NCBI GenBank assembly: GCA_048884965.1
Contig: JBHLQH010000012.1
Span: 28,428-92,427 of the forward strand
Length of the DNA stretch: 64,000 nt
Reading direction: 5' to 3'
Source: Candidatus Thorarchaeota archaeon
GTDB taxonomy: Archaea; Asgardarchaeota; Thorarchaeia; Thorarchaeales; Thorarchaeaceae
The notes below the pieces were generated by a model. The model did not search any database. It saw nothing but the letters and a program-made list of their open reading frames with translations, and had not been told where the DNA came from. This document shows positions 31,863-41,185 of this stretch, one piece after another. The stretch's first letter is position 1. Each line of letters starts with the position of its first letter. A program made the position numbers and the translations under genes.

Positions 31863-32318
31863 TTGGAGAACTCGTTTTTAGAGACCAGCGAACCTGCTAT
31901 TACAGAAGAGATCACATTGGACAAGATCTACGTGATCTGTTGTGATCAGAGCAAATCATCAATGGGATTGGGCCATATCAGAACAGCCGTGGATGGTGTT
32001 GAGGAGTCGGAACTATCACTGGATTGGAGCCACGTACGGGCGGTACCAATCATCACTCTTGAAGACGCGTCCTTTGAAGCAGGACAAACCCTGATCGTAA
32101 GAATCAAGCCGTTAGTTGTACCACCAAAGGCTGCTTTGATTAGATCCTTTTATGGTTCCAATGGGATGGGAAACTTGACCTGCATTGGTTCAACTGAATT
32201 TAGAGGATTTGATGAAGAGCGACTAGCTGATAGGGCCATGTTTCATTCGAGAATCAAGGCCAATATGGTCAAAGGGGACCTATTAGGACACGTATTTGTC
32301 ATCCCACCGATGAAATAG
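31863..32318 (+). CDS. DUF22-like archaeal protein
   Basis: RIKPLVVP...EER....A.F......KGDLLG pattern of the DUF22 family; GGGGAGA RBS. Confidence 0.6.
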   Translation: MENSFLETSEPAITEEITLDKIYVICCDQSKSSMGLGHIRTAVDGVEESELSLDWSHVRAVPIITLEDASFEAGQTLIVRIKPLVVPPKAALIRSFYGSNGMGNLTCIGSTEFRGFDEERLADRAMFHSRIKANMVKGDLLGHVFVIPPMK

Positions 32319-32424
32319 AACTCCCTAGTTCTCCCCCTAATGCACATCCACTGATCAAGTGTTATTTGTAGGGTGATTGCGCCAAGTACGTAGCTTATAT
32401 TGCACTATCGCTCAATGTGAAAGC

Positions 32425-33207
32425 ATGACGCTCTCTCGCACCATGAAAATAGGGATTATAGTTATCGTCCTTGTAGGGGTGACCACACCAATCGCACTCA
32501 TGGCGATGCTCAACCAACCAGCAACAGGTATCGAAATTACTCTGCTACACAATGCAGGAGTGATGATCGAAACGGGTGATGTGCGTATCTACATTGACCC
32601 ATACAATCTTCCTGATAACTACACAGAATTGCCAGCTGACATCATTTTAGTGACACATCCACATGGAGACCACTATCACTATGGCTCGATAGTAGATATA
32701 GAAACTCCCGATACGGTGTTCATCTTTCCAGAAAACATGTCCACTGAGATTGCTCGACATGATGCAACAGGTGTAAACCCAGGGGATAGTGTTCAGGTTG
32801 GCGATATCAATATCACAGCCTTCTATATGTATACCACAGCTCCTGAAGGCTACGAACCTAGTCATCCACCAGAGGCGAACTGGACCAGTTATATCATCGA
32901 TATAAATGGATTCACAATCTTCCATGCTGGGGATTCTAAGTGTATCCCAGAATATGAACAGCTAGAAGGTAAGATCGATGTAGCATTATTGCCCTTAGGA
33001 CCAGGATGCCAAACCATGTATAGGTCAGAGGTTGTAGATGCAATTGAGGTTATACAACCAGATTATTTCATTCCGATACATTATACAGAGGATGAATTCG
33101 ACGCGTTCTGCACACTTTACGATGTTCAGATTGAGAATTTAGAGTGCACCATGCTGGCATTGACTGAATACAGCTCACATCTCTTCACCAATATAAACGA
33201 AGAGTAA
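32425..33207 (+). CDS. Membrane-anchored metallo-beta-lactamase-fold hydrolase
   Basis: IYIDPY, THPHGDH, FHAGDS, IPIHY; N-terminal TM. Confidence 0.88.
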   Translation: MTLSRTMKIGIIVIVLVGVTTPIALMAMLNQPATGIEITLLHNAGVMIETGDVRIYIDPYNLPDNYTELPADIILVTHPHGDHYHYGSIVDIETPDTVFIFPENMSTEIARHDATGVNPGDSVQVGDINITAFYMYTTAPEGYEPSHPPEANWTSYIIDINGFTIFHAGDSKCIPEYEQLEGKIDVALLPLGPGCQTMYRSEVVDAIEVIQPDYFIPIHYTEDEFDAFCTLYDVQIENLECTMLALTEYSSHLFTNINEE

Positions 33208-33239
33208 TTCCATTCCTACCTTCATCTCGAAAGCGGGCT

Positions 33240-33267
33240 GCTGAGGACTGCATTGCCAGTTCTCAGC
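33240..33267. terminator. Intergenic stem-loop
   Basis: gctgaggactg-cattgc-cagttctcagc (one G-U pair). Confidence 0.4.
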
Positions 33268-33344
33268 TTCCCAAAAAATAGTCAATTTGCTTTAACCATT
33301 CCTTTTTCTTCTCATCAAGACATGAGTTCACAGGAGACAACAGG

Positions 33345-34148
33345 ATGAATCAAGACATTAGTCTTAGGAAAATGACCACTAAGGACTGGGATGCGTTTCA
33401 TAGATTCGATGTTCTTGCATTTCCAGATGATACCATGTCAGAGGAATTCTTCTTTAAGCGACTTGATCGAGATGGATTCTTCTCTCTAGATTTGAAAGGT
33501 GAGATGATAGGGCAGCTCATTATATCTCCATTCGGTGAAAATGAGGGTCATCTTGGAAGGATAGCAATCGCACCAACACATCAAGGGCAAGGCTATGGGA
33601 ATGTGCTTTTACAGGAAGCAATGAAGTGGTTCAAGGATCACAGTCTCACCAAGGTCCATCTTTACACTCAAGACCATAACAAGGTAGCCCAAAGTTTGTA
33701 TCGAAAGTTCGGGTTTGAAAAGAGCGGTACAACATGGCACTACTTTGTACCACTAGAAACCTTGCGACAACGAAAGCAATTCAAATGCCAACCTATTGAA
33801 TTGGACGAGATCGAAGTTGTGGGAATGAGATATGCATCACTCCCTGCGGCACAAATCCGAAGGTTTCTAGAATTCTCGGAGCATCCTGTCTTTACCCTGA
33901 AGGATGATGATGGTTCTTTGAAAGGTGCATGTAGATTCACACCATCGTTTCCAGGTTGCTTCCCATTTGAGCTTGATGAGATAGATGGACTTGATGATTT
34001 CCTTCTTGGCTTGAAACCCTACTCACTTCCAGAATATGATTACATTCGCATTACATTTGTTGACAATGAGAAGCTATCTGTATTGTGCAAGGAAAGAGGA
34101 TATAGATTGCATCACAGACTCTTCAAGATGACAGCAAGTATCACCTAG
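33345..34148 (+). CDS. GNAT N-acetyltransferase
   Basis: RIAIAPTHQGQGYG (motif A) and N..AQSLYRKFGF. Confidence 0.9.
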   Translation: MNQDISLRKMTTKDWDAFHRFDVLAFPDDTMSEEFFFKRLDRDGFFSLDLKGEMIGQLIISPFGENEGHLGRIAIAPTHQGQGYGNVLLQEAMKWFKDHSLTKVHLYTQDHNKVAQSLYRKFGFEKSGTTWHYFVPLETLRQRKQFKCQPIELDEIEVVGMRYASLPAAQIRRFLEFSEHPVFTLKDDDGSLKGACRFTPSFPGCFPFELDEIDGLDDFLLGLKPYSLPEYDYIRITFVDNEKLSVLCKERGYRLHHRLFKMTASIT

Positions 34149-34158
34149 GTAGATGATT

Positions 34159-34809
34159 CTAGGGGGGAACTGCTAGGAACTTCACTCTGAGATTGCGAAT
34201 CAAGTCATTGAGTGGTGGGGGATTTGAAGGACCCACTCGTTTGAGGAGGCTTGATGTTATCTTCAGGCTGAAATCAACCTTGAAGTTCTTGAGGGAGCTG
34301 CATGTGAATAACGAGCTGATTTCCAACTTGACCAGTCTATTATCAGAAATATCAATGTCCTCCAAATTCATATGACCTGATAATGGCTCAAGCTCTAGCT
34401 GAAGAAGACGATTAGAATCTAGCGAGAGCGTGCGTAAGTTGCTGCACTTCCTCAAAGGCTCTAGATTCAAGCGAATCAGATTGTTTTCTCCCAAGTCCAA
34501 TTCCTCAAGCACATTACATTCCTGCAATGGTTCCAAGTCAATCGCACCAAGCTTGTTGGAACGAAGTATAAGCCTGCGAAGATTCTTGCAGGATTTCAGA
34601 GGGCTCAAATCAATAGCCATCAGATAGTTCCCATCCAACAGAATCTCCTCTACATTTGTACAGTCCCCAAGATCGCTCAGGTCAACCGCAATGAGCGAAT
34701 TTCTCGCCAAAGTAATAGAAGTATCATCAGCCTGGAGAGGATGGTCTCTTTGTATACCTCCTACAAGCTTCACCTTTACCTTTGGCAGCATCACCACTCC
34801 CTTCTTCAA
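34159..34809 (-). CDS. Leucine-rich repeat protein
   Basis: 23-aa repeats LxxLxLxxNxLxxIDLxPLxxCxx. Confidence 0.9.
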   Translation of the reverse strand: MKKGVVMLPKVKVKLVGGIQRDHPLQADDTSITLARNSLIAVDLSDLGDCTNVEEILLDGNYLMAIDLSPLKSCKNLRRLILRSNKLGAIDLEPLQECNVLEELDLGENNLIRLNLEPLRKCSNLRTLSLDSNRLLQLELEPLSGHMNLEDIDISDNRLVKLEISSLFTCSSLKNFKVDFSLKITSSLLKRVGPSNPPPLNDLIRNLRVKFLAVPP

Positions 34810-34918
34810 TCGAATTCTTCTTTTGGTTGTCGAAGAATCTACCCTATAATATTATATGTTGATTATATGTATTATTATATAATATATTCTATGCTGTGTG
34901 AGGCAGGGGAAAACACAG

Positions 34919-36034
34919 ATGAACATCCCAGGGAGTAATGTGGAAATCGAGATGGAATTCGATCGAGTCGTGTTGAAGGATGGCTCTACTTCAAAGATGA
35001 TCGAGTACAAGGGCAGATCATTCGATGATGTGTTGACAGATGTTCAAAGCTTCATATACATTCGAGGTTTTGACACTGCCAGACGACTGTTGAAATTCAT
35101 CCTGCTAAGGATAGGTCTTCCAAACGTTGAAACTTTTCCACGAGATGATGAACTAACTGAAGAGGATATGGATGAACTAAGTGGAATTCTGGAGGATATC
35201 GATCAGTTGTCAGACAGATTCCTTTCAGCCAAACATAGGGAAGATACAGCAGGGATAGAGGAAATCGCAAAGGTCAGAAAGACTGTACAAGACGATGAAC
35301 CATTACCGGATCCATCAATCTGGGAATCAGACGAGCCTGTTGAACTTGTATTCAGATTCAACCCTGAGAACCTGCCTGGAAGAGCGGACTCGAAAGCGGC
35401 AATTAAGGAAGTCGACTGGGAGTCAGTTAGATTTCCAATATTTGAGAGTAACTACGAAACTGAGCTTGAGAATCTGAAAGTCATTCTATTAGGATCGTCA
35501 CAGGTCGGGAAGAGGGCATTTCTCGCTTCGGCAGGATTTGGTATTCAGTTCCTATCTATCAACGATGGTGATGCCGCCGAAGAGGATGAGATATATTATA
35601 AAATCGTTCACCATCATGAGTCAAACTACAGGATGGATTCATGGGTATCAAGAGGAAGTCCATCTAGGGAATTCTTTGCAAACACATCTATCATAGTCCT
35701 GATGTATTCAGTGATCGATAGAGCAAGTTTCCAGAGTATCGATTATTGGATCGAGGAGGTCTCACGTGTATTACTGAATGTTCCGCCCATTCTACTTGTA
35801 GCAAATAAAATTGATCTCAGGAATCACCATCCAGCAGATAACCACATACAGACTGAGGAAGGGATACAGCTCAAGAAGCTAATTGAGGAGAAGCTCGGAA
35901 CACACAGAGGATTTCATCCAGTCTATTTCATTGAAACCTCCTGCGAGAAGGAATTGGGACTTGAAGAGGCAATCAGAAATATCGTGAAACTATGGCTCGA
36001 AAACGAGAAAATCGTCCTTCCTCTTATTGATTGA
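34919..36034 (+). CDS. Acidic N-terminal domain fused to a degenerate Ras/Rab-like small GTPase
   Basis: LKVILLGSSQVGKR (G1 with S/T replaced by R), YSVIDRASF, LVANKIDL (G4), IETSC (G5); no DxxG. Confidence 0.75.
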   Translation: MNIPGSNVEIEMEFDRVVLKDGSTSKMIEYKGRSFDDVLTDVQSFIYIRGFDTARRLLKFILLRIGLPNVETFPRDDELTEEDMDELSGILEDIDQLSDRFLSAKHREDTAGIEEIAKVRKTVQDDEPLPDPSIWESDEPVELVFRFNPENLPGRADSKAAIKEVDWESVRFPIFESNYETELENLKVILLGSSQVGKRAFLASAGFGIQFLSINDGDAAEEDEIYYKIVHHHESNYRMDSWVSRGSPSREFFANTSIIVLMYSVIDRASFQSIDYWIEEVSRVLLNVPPILLVANKIDLRNHHPADNHIQTEEGIQLKKLIEEKLGTHRGFHPVYFIETSCEKELGLEEAIRNIVKLWLENEKIVLPLID

Positions 36035-36275
36035 ACATTTCTTAAACCCACATCATGGTTTTCCTCAGATTCCTTTTATCAAAGAAACCAGTATGTTAAA
36101 CGCTTCCTTAACACGTCTTTATACACAAGTATGCAGTATTCCTACTTGGTAACCTAGTGTCATTGTTCTGAACACTGTCCCGTATTCACATCTCCTCACC
36201 AGTTTTAGAATGGCACTAGGCCCTTCTACTATTCGTAAATCAAGTAATCATAGAATATAGGAGTGTTACAGAAAC

Positions 36276-36614
36276 CTATTTGATTCCAGAGATCGCTTCT
36301 TCGGCACGACGTTTCGCTTCTTCGCGCATATCCGATATTTTTCGACCAGCTTCTCGGATATCTTCATAGAGTTCTATCTGGGAAGCGATACCTTTCTCGA
36401 CAAAAGCAGATACAGCAGCAGATCTGCTGTTAAATACCTCAAGTTCAACCAAAGCATCCAGAATCTCGACGATGTCTGAGCTAAGGCGTGTCATGACATG
36501 CACTTCTCTCTTCTTGAGTTCGAATTCCTCAGAATAGAGTGTGCCAAGAATCCGTTCCTTGATACTTGTTTGCGTGGCAGTTCCAGTAGTCTTTTCCTTT
36601 TCGGGGGGAGCCAT
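36276..36614 (-). CDS. Ribbon-helix-helix (CopG-like) DNA-binding protein
   Basis: VMTRLSSDIVEILDALVELEVFNSRSAAV pattern; GGTGA RBS. Confidence 0.75.
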   Translation of the reverse strand: MAPPEKEKTTGTATQTSIKERILGTLYSEEFELKKREVHVMTRLSSDIVEILDALVELEVFNSRSAAVSAFVEKGIASQIELYEDIREAGRKISDMREEAKRRAEEAISGIK

Positions 36615-36739
36615 AATCGTTCACCATTAATATGTCATCATTCAGACTATTTAATCTTTTTTATTACAGAAATGTGCTTAGAAATATATATAAGTTGTCA
36701 GATGTAATACTATTAACGTAAGAAATCAATCTTGGTCTA

Positions 36740-37678
36740 ATGGGGATGTGCAAAATGGACAAACTGGACAAGCAACTGCTTCTCAAGTTGATCTGCAACT
36801 GCAGACAATCGTATCGAACGTTGGCAAAGGATCTAGGGGTGACCTGCCCAACAATCAAGAGAAGAGTGGATCTCCTCATGGAATCAGGAATCATAACAGG
36901 CTTTACAGTTGACATTTCACAAGAGACCCTTGGTGTAGGGTGGGCTATCGCTCAGATTACTACAGACAACTCAGAGGATAGAGCGACTCTCGTCGATGAC
37001 ATTTGTGCACATGAAGCGACTACTGAAACCTTCGTAGTAGGCTCTCGCAGTTATGTCGCATTCGCTGAGGTAACCTACTCGAACGGACTCTACGAGTATG
37101 GAAAGTATCTCAGAAGCCTATCTGGTGTTATTGATGTGGATATTCAAAACGCTCAACAGATTCCTACGTCTCAGCTATCGTACAAATGCAAGTTCAATTC
37201 TCGAGGAAACAAGGTAGAGTTCACCTCACAACAGAGAAAGGTATTGAGGCTTCTTGTAGAAGATGCTCGAATGCCTATCCAAGACCTCTCCGAGAGAACA
37301 AGATTAAAACCGAAGAGAATACGGAGGATCATCAAGGAGCTTCGCGAAGGAGGAGGCGTGCATTTCACCATCAAGTTCAATCCTTGTACTGAGAACTGCA
37401 TCAGTTTCCTCCTTCTCATGAGGTTCGATGAATCAGTAACTGGTCCTAAGGATATCGTTGAGCTCCTTGAGGATGAGTTCCCAATGGAGTATTGGTTGAC
37501 CTTCATGCTCTCGAATGAGCCTGTCTTGATCAACTACATGTCAAGCTACAGTCTTGCTAGAATAGAGGAAGTAATCCGGAAGATGAAACAGGTTCCATGC
37601 CTCAAGAATGTGGACACAATGCTCATCTATCATATAGAGAAGTCACAAGAGAATGGAGCACTCCTTGCAACTGCATAA
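36740..37678 (+). CDS. Lrp/AsnC-family regulator with tandem wHTH domains
   Basis: MDKLDKQLL..L..NCRQSYR.LA..LGV...TI..RV..L...GII; second HTH LVEDARMPI..LSE.T. Confidence 0.88.
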   Translation: MGMCKMDKLDKQLLLKLICNCRQSYRTLAKDLGVTCPTIKRRVDLLMESGIITGFTVDISQETLGVGWAIAQITTDNSEDRATLVDDICAHEATTETFVVGSRSYVAFAEVTYSNGLYEYGKYLRSLSGVIDVDIQNAQQIPTSQLSYKCKFNSRGNKVEFTSQQRKVLRLLVEDARMPIQDLSERTRLKPKRIRRIIKELREGGGVHFTIKFNPCTENCISFLLLMRFDESVTGPKDIVELLEDEFPMEYWLTFMLSNEPVLINYMSSYSLARIEEVIRKMKQVPCLKNVDTMLIYHIEKSQENGALLATA

Positions 37679-37698
37679 GAGGAGTGTTCATTCCTTTT
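37651..37698 (+). terminator. Stem-loop overlapping the stop codon, followed by a T tract
   Basis: gaatg(g)agcactcct...aggagtgttcattc, then ctttt. Confidence 0.55.
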
Positions 37699-37916
37699 AT
37701 AATGTACATCAAAATCCACAAATGATATCCTACATACAGAAATCATAGACTTGTGTCCATCCTAAATCCAAAGCTAATGAAAGCAATATCATTTATATCA
37801 AACCTCATGAATCATTGAATATAGTATATGTGAAGACTTTGAGTCCTTGATTAGGGGAGTTGAAAACTTCGTTAGGAAATTCGATTTGCATTGAGTAAGT
37901 AGAGGAAGTTCTGCAA

Positions 37917-38924
37917 TTGCCTAGTAAAGAGTTGACTGACTTTAGTGATGATGAACTATATGAAGAACTGAGAGCTCGCGATGGAAAACCTGAATCACCA
38001 TCTCCTAATCCTGAACTTGCACGGTTCTCTTTTCGTGATCTCTTGAGGGCTCTAAATATATACGATCAGGTTGTATATGGTGAAGACAATAGAGTCGACC
38101 TCTATGAGGTGCACGATCCTGAAGTACTTCATGTTGCTAGAGGTGTATGTGCCATATTCCTACATGATACTGTTGAGAAAATAGATGATAAGAATTTCAG
38201 GTTAAAGACAACTAGATTCTCAGAGGTAATCATGACAGATTGTTTTGGAAACAGTGGTAAGATATGTAAGAATGAGCGTTTCAACAATCAACCTTGCGGG
38301 GCAATAGGAACAGCTTTCTTGATAGCTCCGGATATTGTAGCCACGGCGGGTCATTGTGTAGCTCACAAGAATGCGTCAAGAGATATGTTGTATGTGAAGA
38401 AACTCCGTTTCGTTTTCGGGTACCAGATGAAGAATAAGGATACGCACACGAGTCAGGTTGCAAGGTCGGATCTCTATTCTGGGCATACACTTCTTGGACG
38501 TAGTTATGACGCCCAAGACAACGATGTTCCTGATTGGGCTTTGATAAGATTGGATCGTCCCGTTACAGGTCGCACTCCTTTGGAGATTCGCACTAGTGAG
38601 ATAATTGATGATGCTGAGATTGTGTATGTATTAGGCTATCCTTATGGTCTACCTTTGAAGTATTCACCAAAAGCTTGGGTAAGAGATAATGACCATCCTA
38701 TTTACTTCACTACGAATACTGACACATTCCAAGGAAATTCAGGCTCTCCAGTTTTCAATGCATGTACGAATGAAGTAGAAGGTATTTTGGTTCGCGGCGA
38801 ACAAGATTTCACATTTAAACCGTCATCGAAATGCTTCAGGGTAAGAGCGTTGGACGATACTTCTGGTGAAGGCGAGGCGTGTACTAGGATTGTGCTCCTT
38901 CATAATATATTGACTTCTGACTAA
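37917..38924 (+). CDS. Trypsin-like (S1) serine protease with no signal peptide and an acidic pro-region
   Basis: TAGHC, DWALIRL and GNSGSP catalytic triad motifs; VVYGEDNR mature-start-like motif. Confidence 0.9.
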   Translation: MPSKELTDFSDDELYEELRARDGKPESPSPNPELARFSFRDLLRALNIYDQVVYGEDNRVDLYEVHDPEVLHVARGVCAIFLHDTVEKIDDKNFRLKTTRFSEVIMTDCFGNSGKICKNERFNNQPCGAIGTAFLIAPDIVATAGHCVAHKNASRDMLYVKKLRFVFGYQMKNKDTHTSQVARSDLYSGHTLLGRSYDAQDNDVPDWALIRLDRPVTGRTPLEIRTSEIIDDAEIVYVLGYPYGLPLKYSPKAWVRDNDHPIYFTTNTDTFQGNSGSPVFNACTNEVEGILVRGEQDFTFKPSSKCFRVRALDDTSGEGEACTRIVLLHNILTSD

Positions 38925-39042
38925 CCATGCTGGAAAAAAGCAATTAGGATGCAATCATCCCTCTTTTTCTGTCTCATTTTCGTATTTTCTAAAAAGACCA
39001 CTTTCATATGATATTGTGGAATAATATCAATCCGTGTCATTC

Positions 39043-39762
39043 CTAGGATTCTCGTGAAACTCCAAAAGCTGTACCATATAGAAGTATGATAAACATCAAG
39101 ATGATACCAATACTGAAAACGAAAATCGCGATTTGGCTCCATCGATATCGTTTCCTGACAATCTTTTCATAGTTATCACGTATTTTATCCGGTGTATCAG
39201 GCGATGAAACAAGAAGATCTGGTTTTGAAATAAAAATTGATATGATAAGTGTCGCTACGAAAAAAATCGCTGGAATAATATAGAATTCACTTGGGAATGG
39301 TGGTTGTAGAGAAGCTACGAGCCAATTTGCCAATGCAGTATACACTGTCACAACAAGAGGCACAACCGTAAACATAATACTGGCGATTTTCTTTGAATCC
39401 TCATATCCAGTCAGAATGCTTTGCGACTTCATTTTGAGAAATAACTTCTCAGTTGGTGACATCTTTCTAGCAGTGAATGGAGTAGCTCGGTCATCATCAT
39501 GTGCAGGCATAGATGCAAGAAATTCTGGATGTACTTTCTCTTGTGTTGGTACATTCACTACGAATTCATAGGGAATCGCTCCTAGTGTATCAGTCGTGCA
39601 TTCATAGCATTGAGTGCGTGTGGCGATTTCCGCTATTTTTCCTAGACTAGGATCCAATGGTTTTGCTAGCTTTGCTGTAGTAACTCCTAGAGTCGCCCAA
39701 TACAGGCAGATTTGAGATTTGCCACATTTTGGACATTTTGCAATTCCTTTGACCTCTTCCAT
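39043..39762 (-). CDS. N-terminal Zn-ribbon (CxxC...CxxC) plus three-TM membrane protein; putative effector
   Basis: CPKC and CYEC; three hydrophobic helices with 'KP' after TM2 and 'RKRYRW' before TM3. Start ATG 39762 behind GGGAGA. Confidence 0.7.
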   Translation of the reverse strand: MEEVKGIAKCPKCGKSQICLYWATLGVTTAKLAKPLDPSLGKIAEIATRTQCYECTTDTLGAIPYEFVVNVPTQEKVHPEFLASMPAHDDDRATPFTARKMSPTEKLFLKMKSQSILTGYEDSKKIASIMFTVVPLVVTVYTALANWLVASLQPPFPSEFYIIPAIFFVATLIISIFISKPDLLVSSPDTPDKIRDNYEKIVRKRYRWSQIAIFVFSIGIILMFIILLYGTAFGVSRES

Positions 39763-39902
39763 TTCGAAATCTCCCAAACCTAATGGCGACTAATTCGTTC
39801 CGCTACTATAAGTGTATTCTGGAAGATGGTTTCATTAGATGCTTTTCAAAACATCTATTGATTTTAAATACAGGCTCAACTCCTTATACTGAACGATTTG
39901 CG

Positions 39903-41150
39903 ATGCTAAGTTTTGAAAAGGGACATGCTTTAGTAATCGGAATTGCTAATGCTCCTAATTGGATTCCTATTCAGGATATTGTGCTTAAGGATGCAGAGGA
40001 TGTAGAATCTATTTTGAAGAATCCAAAATACTGTGGATATCCTGAAGACAATGTCAAGTTATTGCTTGATTCTGAAGCAACAAAGAATAACATCAAAGAT
40101 GAATTGAAGAAGATTGCAAATAAATGTGAAAGAGACTCTACATTCTTCTTTTACATCTCCAGTCACGGACACCGTGTGACGAGTGGTGAACATTCAGCAG
40201 AGTACTTTGTACCATATGATGGAGAGAACGGTTCGAGTAAGAAGATAGCAGAAACTTGTATTTCAGACAAGGAATTTGGTCGTATTTTAAGGGACATAAG
40301 GGCTGTAAGAAAAGTTACTTTTCTTGATTGTTGCCATTCTGGAGGATTTACAGATGTAAAGAAAGCAGCTGCAAGATCTGCAGGATTTACTACTAAGGGA
40401 TTAACCACCTTGTCGCTACGAGGAGGAGGAACGGCGATCATGACCTCCTCTGGAGAAGACCAGAGGTCATTTGTGAGTGATATCCATCCCAATAGTGTAT
40501 TCACCCATCATCTCTTACAAGGGATAAAAGGAGGAGTTATTTCTCCGGATGGATTGATTCGAATCTCCGATTTGTACTCTTATGTTAGTGCGAGGGTTGC
40601 TCAAGAGAAACCAGAACAAGAACCTTGCTTCATTACACTGTTAAAATCCAACTTCCCCATTGCATTGAACCAAGGTGGCAAAGAAGGAAGTGTGGCAAAA
40701 TCGATGAGTATAGATGATTATGAATATGATGTCTATATTAGCTATTCACCTGAGAATCCAGACAAGAAATGGGTTCGCAATACGTTTCTTCCGATGCTTG
40801 AGAAACATGATGTTACTGCATTTATAGACTTCAGGGATAGAATGCCTGGTTCACCAAAGATTGACGAAATATCCCATGGGATTCAGAAAAGTCGTTACAC
40901 TCTTGCTGTTTTGTCCCCATCATACTTGGATAACGCTTTCAATCACTTGGAATCTGGATTGGCTCGATATCTTGGTATCGAAGAAAAGAGTCGTCGATAT
41001 TTGGCTTTCAAGTACAAGCAATGTGATCCGCCTGCTGATTTAGCAATGCTTGAAGAAATCGAATGGGACGAGGAAGAAGATCTAGAGATCTTTATTGAAA
41101 CCGTTGCAAACACTGTCAAAGCACCAACAATACTACGGTATTGGTCTTGA
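39903..41150 (+). CDS. Caspase-family (peptidase C14) protease fused to a C-terminal TIR domain
   Basis: HALVIGI, SSHG (catalytic His), FLDCCHSG (catalytic Cys), SVFTHHLLQGI, EQEP; TIR YDVYISYS...I.KSRYTLAVLSPSYL......E. Start moved to ATG 39903. Confidence 0.92.
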   Translation: MLSFEKGHALVIGIANAPNWIPIQDIVLKDAEDVESILKNPKYCGYPEDNVKLLLDSEATKNNIKDELKKIANKCERDSTFFFYISSHGHRVTSGEHSAEYFVPYDGENGSSKKIAETCISDKEFGRILRDIRAVRKVTFLDCCHSGGFTDVKKAAARSAGFTTKGLTTLSLRGGGTAIMTSSGEDQRSFVSDIHPNSVFTHHLLQGIKGGVISPDGLIRISDLYSYVSARVAQEKPEQEPCFITLLKSNFPIALNQGGKEGSVAKSMSIDDYEYDVYISYSPENPDKKWVRNTFLPMLEKHDVTAFIDFRDRMPGSPKIDEISHGIQKSRYTLAVLSPSYLDNAFNHLESGLARYLGIEEKSRRYLAFKYKQCDPPADLAMLEEIEWDEEEDLEIFIETVANTVKAPTILRYWS

Positions 41151-41185
41151 GGAAGATGGTCTTTGTGCTTCTTGGAATATGACTG

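Noticed and set aside
34159-36034. Split Roco (LRR-Roc-COR) protein
   Set aside because: The genes are on opposite strands, there is no COR domain, and the GTPase is Rab-like and degenerate.
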